The notes beneath the pieces were generated by a model. It was not told the DNA's origin. It ran no database searches and saw only the letters and a list, made by a program, of their open reading frames with translations. This document shows positions 56,452 to 64,000 of a DNA stretch of 64,000 nucleotides, piece by piece. Both the position numbers and the translations under genes were made by a program. Numbering within the stretch: the stretch's first letter is position 1; every line of letters starts with the position of its first letter. Source of the stretch: an uncultured Acidobacteriota bacterium. GTDB lineage: Bacteria > Acidobacteriota > Thermoanaerobaculia > Multivoradales > SZUA-115. The stretch covers positions 224,001 through 288,000 of the forward strand of contig CAWDVR010000001.1 in assembly GCA_963805975.1 (NCBI GenBank), given 5' to 3'.

Positions 56452-58320
56452 ATGCCGGCTCAGCAGAGCTTCGGCCGGTTCGAGAACCTCCGCGAGCTGC
56501 GCAAAGGAGGCATGGGAGAGGTGTACCTGGCCTTCGACCCCCGCCGCGGCGAGGACGTGGTCCTGAAGCGGGTGCCTCTCGACGGCGAGGACCCCGGCGT
56601 CCTTCCCGCCCAGCGACTGGGTGCCACCCTGCAGGAGAAGCTTGCGGCCCATAGCGCGCGCGTGCCGGCAGTCTTCGAGACGGGCGATCTCGATGGATAC
56701 TTCTACGTCGCGATGCAGTACGTCGCCGGCAACGACCTGTCCTCGCTCCTCGTCAAGGAGCGTCACATCCCGCCGGACCGAGCGCTCGCCTGGGTGCGAG
56801 AGCTGTGCGAGATCCTGGGCTCCAGTCACAACCTGAACGAGACCGTCGAGGGCGAGCTCGTGCAGGCAGTCGTGCATGCGGACATCAAGCTCGAGAACCT
56901 GCGGCTCACCGACCAGGGCGAGCTCTTCCTCATCGACTTCAGTACCGCCAAGGCGCTGACCGAGGCGCAACCGCTCGTCCAGAATGACTTCGCGACGCCC
57001 TCGTACATGCCTCCCGAGTACGCGGAGTCGGGCCGCCAGGTGAACTGTGCAACCGACTTGTGGTCCGCGGGGGTGGTGCTCTACAAGCTGCTCTGCGGGA
57101 GGTTCCCGTTTCGCGGAGCGACCGACGAGGAGATCTTCGAGAACATCCGCCTGGCGAGGCTCCGGCCACCCCCCGAGGGCCTGCCCGTCAAGCTCGAGAG
57201 CATCCTGGCCCGCTCGCTCGCCCACCGGCCGGAGCGCCGCTATCCCACCGCGGCCGCGTTCTGTGCCGACCTCGACGCGTTTCTCCTCGACCGCCCCCTG
57301 GCGCCGGAGACCCTGGCGCTCGAGGAGGCGGGTGACGACCGGACGCGCCGCACGGTGGCCTCTGCCGACGACGACGGGCGAACGCGGCGCACCCGGACAC
57401 CGGCGGCCTCCGATACCGCGGCGGGCAGTGCCGAGGCCAAGGCGCCCGCCCACGCGGCCTGGCGCAGCCGGCCGCTGCTCTGGGCCCTCGGGGTCGTGAC
57501 CACCCTGTTCTTCGGAGCCCAGGTCTATGCCCAGATCGTGGCGCGACAGGTGGTCCGTGAGCTCACGGTGCAGGTCGACCCGGACCTCGAACGCGCCTGG
57601 GACCGCTACTTGCGGGCCAGGAGGCTGAGCATCGTGCCGCTCACCAAGGCGAAGGGCCGTCTCCATGCCGCCTTCCTCGACCAGGCCGAGTCGCTGTTTC
57701 TCGCCTATCGCGAGAACCCCCGGACCGTTGCCTGCTCGGACTGGCTGCGGGCGCAGCCGTGGGTCGAGCACGCGACGCGACTGCGCCCCGATGCCCCCAC
57801 CAAGGCGCGGCAGCTCTACGTCCATGGACAGGTCCGGCGGCTGATGGCAGAGCGCAAGTGCGACCTCCCGACCCGCTCGACCTACGCCGAGGCGACCGAG
57901 CTGCTCGGGAAGGCTGCCGCCCTCGATGCCCAATGGGCCGACCCCCTGGTCGCCCTGGTGGTGATCCACGCCTGGCGGCACTTCGACTTCGACCGGCTGA
58001 TCGCCGCTCTCGACGAGATGGAGAACCGAGGGCAAGCTCAGACCGTGCTGGCGAAGTCCGCCTACGCCGACGGCTACAGGGAGCAGTGCGGACGCCTGGC
58101 AGCGAGCGTGAAGCAGCTCCAGGATCCCGCCCGGCAGGTGGAGCTGCTGGAGCAGGCCGACCAGCACTGCGCGCTCGCGGAGAGCTGGTACGGGCAGATC
58201 CCGCAGCAGCAAGGTACGCGCGACGGCCTGAGGACGGTGGGCAGGCGCCGGCGCGACATCGCCGCGCAACTGACGAGGTTGCGGCCTGACATCGACAGCC
58301 TGGAGGGCTGGGGCGAATGA
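56452..58320 (+). CDS. membrane Ser/Thr protein kinase (non-RD, DFS) with a helical extracytoplasmic domain
   Basis: KGGMGEVY, VVLKR, VHADIKLEN, LIDFSTAK, YMPPE, DLWSAGV; TM LLWALGVVTTLFFG. Confidence 0.88.
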   Translation: MPAQQSFGRFENLRELRKGGMGEVYLAFDPRRGEDVVLKRVPLDGEDPGVLPAQRLGATLQEKLAAHSARVPAVFETGDLDGYFYVAMQYVAGNDLSSLLVKERHIPPDRALAWVRELCEILGSSHNLNETVEGELVQAVVHADIKLENLRLTDQGELFLIDFSTAKALTEAQPLVQNDFATPSYMPPEYAESGRQVNCATDLWSAGVVLYKLLCGRFPFRGATDEEIFENIRLARLRPPPEGLPVKLESILARSLAHRPERRYPTAAAFCADLDAFLLDRPLAPETLALEEAGDDRTRRTVASADDDGRTRRTRTPAASDTAAGSAEAKAPAHAAWRSRPLLWALGVVTTLFFGAQVYAQIVARQVVRELTVQVDPDLERAWDRYLRARRLSIVPLTKAKGRLHAAFLDQAESLFLAYRENPRTVACSDWLRAQPWVEHATRLRPDAPTKARQLYVHGQVRRLMAERKCDLPTRSTYAEATELLGKAAALDAQWADPLVALVVIHAWRHFDFDRLIAALDEMENRGQAQTVLAKSAYADGYREQCGRLAASVKQLQDPARQVELLEQADQHCALAESWYGQIPQQQGTRDGLRTVGRRRRDIAAQLTRLRPDIDSLEGWGE

Positions 58321-61300
58321 ATCCACTCCCGAGCAGACCGCCCCGCCGGCCGCGCTGGAAGCCGCCCGAGCCGCCGCACCTCAGGCCCCGGCGCGACCAG
58401 GAAGCGCTGCTCCTCGCGGCCGCGTTGCTCACCCTCGTGGCTGGCTTGGTGCTGGTCTACCTGGCGGTCGCCGCACCGTTCTCGGAGGTCGAGGCCGGGC
58501 TCGAGCGAGGCGAGATCCTCGACCTCAATGCGTTGTCCCAGCCGGAGAGACTGGCGCCGCACCTCACCTTTTCGAGCGACCGCGGCGAGCGCGCCTTCCT
58601 CGCCGGCCGGATCTTCCAGCACCTCACCCGCCCCGGCGCCGAACCGGCGGCGAACGTGGGAGAGCTGGGCAAGCTGCGCGTCGGCGCCGCCGACCTCGCC
58701 AAGGCTGGGGCACCCCGGCTCGCCCAGCGGCTCGCCGCGCGGCAGGCCGCGCTGCCCGGGCCCGAGCGGGCGGCGGCGACCGTCCGCCTGCTCACGGACG
58801 AAGAGCTGCAGGAGGTGAAACCCCGGCTCATCGTCCGCCGCCCGGCGCAGTTCCGCGGCGCCTTCTGGCGCTGGAGCGCGCTCCAGCTCGTCGCCTTCGC
58901 GGCCGTGCACCTGGCCTGGCGGCGCCTGCGCTTCCGCGGGGATCAGGTGCTCCTCCCCCTGGTCGCCCTGCTCACCGGGCTGGGCCTCCTGGTGATGCTC
59001 GCCGTGCGAGACCCCCTGCGCGACCTGCTGCTCTTCCGGTCCTTCAGTGGTGGCGTCGCCTTGGGTTGCCTGGCGCTCGCGGCGGCGAGCTTCCTCCGGG
59101 TGGAGGGCTCGCGCCTGCGCAAGGCAAGCTTCCTGGCTCTCGTCGCCGCCCTGCTGCTCTCGGCGCTGCTGATCGCCTTCGGCAGCGGGCCGGGCGCGAG
59201 CGACGCCAAGGTCAACCTCCTAGGCTTCCAGCCGGTGGAGGCGATCAAGCTGCTGCTGGTGCTCTTCTTCGCCGGCTACTTCGCGGAGCGCTGGGAGTTC
59301 CTGCGCGAGATCAAGGAGCGCCGTCGCGTCTTCGCGCGCCTGCCGCGCTGGCTGCGCCCGCCGAAGCTCGAGTATGCGCTGCCGCCCCTCCTGGCCATCG
59401 CCGCTGTCCTGGTCTTCTTCTTCCTGCAGCGAGACCTCGGTCCCGCCCTGGTGTTCGCCTTCCTCTTCCTGCTGCTCTACGCGGTGGCACGGGGCCGCGC
59501 CCTCCTCGCCCTGGTGGGGACGGCGCTCGTCATCGGCGGCTTCTTCGCCGGCTATGCGCTGCGCTTTCCCCGCACCGTGGCCGGCCGCATCGAGATGTGG
59601 CTCTCGCCCTGGGACAATCTGTGGAAAGGCGGCGATCACCTGGCCCACTCGCTGTGGGCCTTCGCCTCCGGCGGCCTCGCGGGCACGGGGTTGGGGCTCG
59701 GAGCGCCGGGCTCGGTGCCGGAGGCGCACACCGACCTGGTGCTCGCCGTGGTCGGCGAGGAGCTCGGCTTCGCCGGCCTGGTGCTCGTGCTCGGTCTCTA
59801 CGCGATCCTGATCTGGCGCGGCTTCAAGATCTCGCTCGAGGCGAGCGGGCTCTATTCTTTCTTCCTGGGGCTGGGCCTGACCCTGCTGACCGCGCTGCAA
59901 CTGGTGCTCATCGCCGGCGGCGTGCTGGGCGTCATCCCGCTTTCCGGCGTCGTCACCCCGTTCCTGAGCTATGGCCGCTCCTCGATGCTGGCCAACCTGC
60001 TGCTGGTCGGCCTGCTGCTCGCCATCTCCAACCAGCGCTCTCCGGGCTCGGCCGGCGAACGCTTCCGTCCCGCCCTGCGCTGGGCCTGGCTTCCTCTCGG
60101 CCTGCTGCTCGCAGCCATCGTCGGGAAGGCCGGCTACGTCCAGGCCCTGAGGGCGGACCAGGTCTTGACCACGGGCGTACTCTCCGTCCAGGGCGACGAC
60201 GTGCGGCGCTTCCGCTACAACCCGCGCCTGGTGGAGATCGCGCGGCTGATCCCGCGGGGCTCGATCCTCGACCGCAACGCGGTCCCCCTCGCCACCGGGG
60301 ACCCGGCGCTCCTCGCTCCCCATCGCGAGACCTACGAGGCCCTCCGCGTGCCCGTCGCCGAGCTCGAGGGTGGCGCCGGCAGCCGCTTCTATCCGCTGGC
60401 CGGCCGTGCCTTCCACCTGCTGGGAGATGTCCGCAATCAGCTCAACTGGCCGGCCGGCAACAGCTCCTACATCGAGCGCGACCTGCGGGTGCGCCTGCAG
60501 GGGTACGACGACCACGCGCGAGTCGTCCAGGTACGCCAGAAGGACGGCAGCGTGCAGGGAGTGTTCGAGCGCGACTATCGCGAGCTGGTGCCGCTGCTGC
60601 GCTACCGGGCCCTGCCGCAGCATCCCGCGGTCCGGCGTCTTCTGGAGCGCGAGCGCGACGTCAAGCTCACGGTCGACGCGCGCTTGCAGGCCGGCGTGGC
60701 GGACGCGCTCGTCGAGGTGGTGCACGAAGCCGGCAGCCGGCATGGCGCCGCCGTGGTGCTCGACGCCCTGAGCGGAGAGGTTCTGGCGAGCGTCAGCTAC
60801 CCATGGCCGGAGGCGCTGCCGCTTTTCGATCGCCAGCGAGAAGAGGAGTCCCTGCTCGACCGGGCGCGCTACGGGGCCTACCCGCCGGGCTCCACCTTCA
60901 AGATCGTGACCGCCATGGCGGCCCTGCGCCACGACCCCGCGGCGGGACAGCAGACGTTCCAGTGCGTGGCGCTAGAGGACGGGCGGGCCGGGCACTCGGT
61001 GCGTGGCTGGGGGCGGCCGATCCGCGACGACCGCACCGTGCACCAGCCGCATGGCACGGTGGACCTCGCGCGCGGCATCGCCTTCTCCTGCAACGCGTAC
61101 TTCGCGCAGCTCGCGGTCTACGAGGTCGGCGGCGCGGCGCTGCTCGACACGGCGAGCCTGCTCGACATCGAGGTGGCGCGGCCGAACAACGTCCAGGCGC
61201 TCCGCGACGCCCTGCCGCAGGCCTCCTACGGCCAGGGCCAGGTCCTCGCCTCACCGTTCCAGATGGCGCGGGTGGCCGCCACCGTGGCGAGCGGCGGCAG

Positions 61301-61673
61301 CATGCCCCAGGGCCGCTGGGTGGCCGACGAGAGCAACACCCGAGGCGAGCCTCCGCGCCTGATCCTCGGCCGCGCGCACGCCGCGGAGCTGGGCGCGGCG
61401 ATGCGGCAGGTGGTCACTGTCGGCTCGGCCGCCGCGACGCTGGGCGACGTGCAACCGCCGATCGCCGGCAAGACCGGCACTGCGGAGGTGCCGCGCGGCG
61501 CTTCGCACTCCTGGTTCATCGGCTACGCTCCCTATGACGAAGCCGGCGCCGGAAGGACGATCGCCTGGAGCGTCCTGGTCGAGAACGGCGGCTACGGCAG
61601 CCGGGTGGCGGCCAAGGTGGCGGCGGCCATCGTGCGGCAGCTCGACGAGCTGGGATACTTCGGGGAGAGGTGA
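58317..61673 (+). CDS. fused SEDS glycosyltransferase (RodA/FtsW) and class B PBP transpeptidase (PbpA-like)
   Basis: SEDS motifs FQPVEAIK, QRDLGPAL, PEAHTDLV, PLSGVVTPFLSYGRSS; PBP motifs RGSILDRN, PGSTFK (SxxK), SCN (SxN), KTGT. Confidence 0.93.
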   Translation: MNPLPSRPPRRPRWKPPEPPHLRPRRDQEALLLAAALLTLVAGLVLVYLAVAAPFSEVEAGLERGEILDLNALSQPERLAPHLTFSSDRGERAFLAGRIFQHLTRPGAEPAANVGELGKLRVGAADLAKAGAPRLAQRLAARQAALPGPERAAATVRLLTDEELQEVKPRLIVRRPAQFRGAFWRWSALQLVAFAAVHLAWRRLRFRGDQVLLPLVALLTGLGLLVMLAVRDPLRDLLLFRSFSGGVALGCLALAAASFLRVEGSRLRKASFLALVAALLLSALLIAFGSGPGASDAKVNLLGFQPVEAIKLLLVLFFAGYFAERWEFLREIKERRRVFARLPRWLRPPKLEYALPPLLAIAAVLVFFFLQRDLGPALVFAFLFLLLYAVARGRALLALVGTALVIGGFFAGYALRFPRTVAGRIEMWLSPWDNLWKGGDHLAHSLWAFASGGLAGTGLGLGAPGSVPEAHTDLVLAVVGEELGFAGLVLVLGLYAILIWRGFKISLEASGLYSFFLGLGLTLLTALQLVLIAGGVLGVIPLSGVVTPFLSYGRSSMLANLLLVGLLLAISNQRSPGSAGERFRPALRWAWLPLGLLLAAIVGKAGYVQALRADQVLTTGVLSVQGDDVRRFRYNPRLVEIARLIPRGSILDRNAVPLATGDPALLAPHRETYEALRVPVAELEGGAGSRFYPLAGRAFHLLGDVRNQLNWPAGNSSYIERDLRVRLQGYDDHARVVQVRQKDGSVQGVFERDYRELVPLLRYRALPQHPAVRRLLERERDVKLTVDARLQAGVADALVEVVHEAGSRHGAAVVLDALSGEVLASVSYPWPEALPLFDRQREEESLLDRARYGAYPPGSTFKIVTAMAALRHDPAAGQQTFQCVALEDGRAGHSVRGWGRPIRDDRTVHQPHGTVDLARGIAFSCNAYFAQLAVYEVGGAALLDTASLLDIEVARPNNVQALRDALPQASYGQGQVLASPFQMARVAATVASGGSMPQGRWVADESNTRGEPPRLILGRAHAAELGAAMRQVVTVGSAAATLGDVQPPIAGKTGTAEVPRGASHSWFIGYAPYDEAGAGRTIAWSVLVENGGYGSRVAAKVAAAIVRQLDELGYFGER

Positions 61674-62485
61674 AAAAGATGGCCAAGGAGGAGATGGGCT
61701 TGCGACAGAAGCTGGCGGCGCTCCGCCAGACGGTCACCGCCCCCTGGGCCGAGGGCCGGGAGCTGATCGAGATCCGCCAGGCGATCCTCGACGAGGTGGG
61801 CGAGAGAGTCGTCGGCATCGGCGACGGCAAGCGCATCTTTCCCTACAACCACCTCCGGCTCCACCTGTTCGCGAAGACCGCGGACGAGCAGATCGTCACC
61901 GCGGCGGCGGTCGCGGCCTGGGACCTCGCGGAGCGGGTCCGCGAGCGGCTGGCCGAGGCGCGGTGCCCGGTGACCGACCTCACCGTCGAGCCGCTGATCG
62001 TGGGCAGGAGGACGGCCGAGCTGCGCGAGCGGCCTTACTTCGTCGAGTACCAGCGGGTCGACCGTCCGGAGCCCGGCACCGAGCTCCCCTGGCTCGAGCT
62101 GATCGTGCAGAAGGGCAAGACGCCGCATCGGGTCAACCGCTTCCGCAAGAAGAGGGTGCTCCTCGGCCGCTTGGAGGTGGTGCTCGACGAGAACGGGTCA
62201 CCCAAGCGGCGCAACGACCTCGCCTTCGACGACGAAGGGGAGGTGAATCAGACCGTCGGCCGCGCGCATGCCCGCATCGAGTATCGGCCCGAGAGCCGCA
62301 GCTACTACCTCGTCGACGAGCGGAGCTCGTCCGGCACCAACCTGTTCCGCGACAGCCGCACCATCAAAGTGCCCAGCCGCGACAAGCAGGGCATCCGTCT
62401 CCAGCCGGGAGACCTCATCTCGCTGGGCCGGGCCGAGGTGAGCTGCAACATCCGGTTCGAGAAGGCCACCGAGACCGAGCCGTAG
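61670..62485 (+). CDS. second FhaA-like protein with a C-terminal FHA domain
   Basis: GTGA overlap; RIFPYNHLRL; FHA-like LLGR, VGRAHARI, SSSGT, LQPGDLISLG. Confidence 0.82.
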   Translation: MKKMAKEEMGLRQKLAALRQTVTAPWAEGRELIEIRQAILDEVGERVVGIGDGKRIFPYNHLRLHLFAKTADEQIVTAAAVAAWDLAERVRERLAEARCPVTDLTVEPLIVGRRTAELRERPYFVEYQRVDRPEPGTELPWLELIVQKGKTPHRVNRFRKKRVLLGRLEVVLDENGSPKRRNDLAFDDEGEVNQTVGRAHARIEYRPESRSYYLVDERSSSGTNLFRDSRTIKVPSRDKQGIRLQPGDLISLGRAEVSCNIRFEKATETEP

Positions 62486-62545
62486 CGGCGCGACAGAAAC
62501 GCGACGCCTATGAAGCCCGATGCTGGGCCAGAGCCAGGAGCGTTG

Positions 62546-62899
62546 CTAGATACCCAGGAAGTCGATGAGGTAGGGCACTGCCGGCTCGGTGCCGTGCCGC
62601 TCGAACCACCTCGCGATCGCCGCCGCGATCCGCTCGGGCTGCCGGTTGGGGAGGCTGCGCGGAACGATCAGCACATCCGGATGGGGCTCGGAGGCGTGGA
62701 AGCAGGCGACCGTGAGACGGATGAAGTCGTCTCGGTTGCGTGTGACGAGGAGGCGGGCCTCGCGAGCGGCGAAACGTAGCTGCTCTTCGTCTGTGAGGCC
62801 GCGACGGTCGATCTCGTGGACGCTCACAATGTCGAGGCCTTGACCTCGCCCGATCTCGGCCACGGCAGGGGTGAGGTCCTCGTCGAGAAGAAACCTCAC
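62546..62899 (-). CDS. DUF5615 PIN-like toxin
   Basis: MRFLLDEDL...GLTDEEQLRFAAREARLLVTRNRDDF. Confidence 0.88.
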   Translation of the reverse strand: MRFLLDEDLTPAVAEIGRGQGLDIVSVHEIDRRGLTDEEQLRFAAREARLLVTRNRDDFIRLTVACFHASEPHPDVLIVPRSLPNRQPERIAAAIARWFERHGTEPAVPYLIDFLGI

Positions 62900-63327
62900 G
62901 TCCGGCTGGCGCCTTGGATGCGCCGGGCAAACGGCAGCTCACGTCCCACCCGTTCGGCGGTCCACCGGTCTTCGCGCTCGAGCCGTGTGTCGATCTCGTC
63001 GGGATAGAGCTCGTAATAGGCCAGCGCCGCTCGGAGCTGAAGCTCGGTCAGCCAGGGGTAGCTCGCCTGGAGCCGTGTGTAGTCACCCTCCTCCCCCTTG
63101 AAGGTAGCGACGATCTCCCAGGCGTCCAGACCGGTTCCCGCTACCACCGCGCGGCGACCGCCCGGCCCCTCGGCGAACACGATCCCCGGGGCACGGCGTA
63201 GCTTGAGCGCCTCGGCAAGCAGCTCCTGGGTCATCGCCGACCAGGACTTGCCTCGGCTCTCGGCCTCCCGGCTGATGGCCTGCTCGAGCTCGTCGGAGAT
63301 CCTCAGGCCACGCGCTGTGCTTCCCAT
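62896..63327 (-). CDS. RHH plus DUF433 antitoxin
   Basis: AGGAGGT RBS; GLRISDELEQAI (RHH-like); PGIVFAEGPGGRRAVVAGTGLDAWEIV...LRAALAYYELYPDEID. Confidence 0.88.
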   Translation of the reverse strand: MGSTARGLRISDELEQAISREAESRGKSWSAMTQELLAEALKLRRAPGIVFAEGPGGRRAVVAGTGLDAWEIVATFKGEEGDYTRLQASYPWLTELQLRAALAYYELYPDEIDTRLEREDRWTAERVGRELPFARRIQGASRT

Positions 63328-63338
63328 GAGCCACCTCC

Positions 63339-63364
63339 TGTGCACAGCGTGCACATTGTGCACA
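63339..63364. promoter_or_regulatory. three GTGCAC palindromes at 9-bp period, putative antitoxin operator
   Basis: TGTGCACA-G-CGTGCACA-T-TGTGCACA immediately upstream of the antitoxin RBS. Confidence 0.65.
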
Positions 63365-63371
63365 ACTCAGT

Positions 63372-64000
63372 CTACAGCACCCCCAGCTTCGCCAGCAGGG
63401 CGCGGCCGAGGGGGATCCTCTTCGCCGTGTCGGCGTCGGTCGCCATGTCGATGTTGAGCGCGAAGGCATAGATCCGGCCACCACGCTCTACCCAGCCCAC
63501 CCACCAGCCGAGCTGCGGCTTGGGCTCGGAGATCCATCCCGTCTTGCCGTAGAGCCTGGCGCCGCCGGTTTCCTCGATGAACAGGATGTCGCGCACGATG
63601 GCCTGGCTGCGCGCCGAGATCGGCAGCTTCTGCCGCGCCAGCCGCGCGAGGAAGGCGGCCTGCTCCAGGGCGCAGATGAGGAGCGGCCCGTCGAGCCAGA
63701 AGCGGTCGATCACGGTGCCGATGTTGCGGTTGCCGTAGCCCAGGTTCTTGACGCCCGCGCTCATGCGCGCCAGGCCGATGCGCCGCGCCACCTCCTGGTA
63801 GACCGGCACGTTCGAGGCGCGGATTGCGTCGCGCAGGCCCATGTCCTTCTCCCACGCCTTGAAGGGCTGCGGCTTGCCGCCGTAGGGGATGACCTCGGTC
63901 TCGTCCTTCACCGCCCCGGTCTCGAGCGCGATCAGGCTGTTGGCGATCTTGAAGGTGGAGGCCGGCCGGTAGCGGCGCTCGGCACGCCGGCGGTCGTAGA
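63372..64000 (-). CDS. class D beta-lactamase-like protein (5' end outside the window)
   Basis: Hand translation upstream of the listed ORF gives RYRPASTFKIANSLIALETG (SxxK); SNV (SxV), YGN, FWLDGPL, KTGW, WWVGWVE, FALNID. Confidence 0.88.
   Translation of the reverse strand, partial: YDRRRAERRYRPASTFKIANSLIALETGAVKDETEVIPYGGKPQPFKAWEKDMGLRDAIRASNVPVYQEVARRIGLARMSAGVKNLGYGNRNIGTVIDRFWLDGPLLICALEQAAFLARLARQKLPISARSQAIVRDILFIEETGGARLYGKTGWISEPKPQLGWWVGWVERGGRIYAFALNIDMATDADTAKRIPLGRALLAKLGVL

Noticed and set aside
55168-58326. 1052-aa minus-strand ORF and similar long antisense ORFs (793-2718, 10185-12257, 46932-49274)
   Set aside because: These are expected stop-poor shadows in very high-GC DNA, with no motifs, opposite well-supported genes.

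Overview
Very GC-rich bacterial chromosomal segment. An ADOP-type ABC permease, a TIGR02999-type ECF sigma with its Ser/Thr kinase, a TPR-CHAT protein and an LPxTA-tail protein suggest Acidobacteriota (inference). No rRNA, tRNA, CRISPR, integrase or transposase was recognised. From left to right: the N-terminus of a probable secreted S8 peptidase; a polyprenyl synthetase pair; a three-gene cassette (TPR-CHAT caspase-like protease, unknown 289-aa protein, trypsin-like zymogen); acyl-CoA oxidase; lipoprotein alpha/beta hydrolase; ADOP permease; amidohydrolase; frameshifted panE; TetR with an RND tripartite pump; a TA pair; a beta-propeller/MoaD/YciI/DoxX/ECF42 cluster; an ECF sigma with TPR kinase; a cluster of small stress proteins preceded by repeated sigma54 -24/-12 boxes; L,D-transpeptidase; a HEAT-methyltransferase fusion; a complete putrescine uptake and catabolism cluster with a porin and an intervening VapBC; an actinobacterial-style FHA/PP2C/kinase operon with a fused SEDS-PBP; a third TA pair; and a partial class D beta-lactamase. 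The strongest candidates for undescribed systems are the CHAT/unknown/trypsin protease cassette and the FHA-PP2C-kinase-(RodA-PBP fusion) operon. All calls come from reading motifs by eye; no database searches were run.
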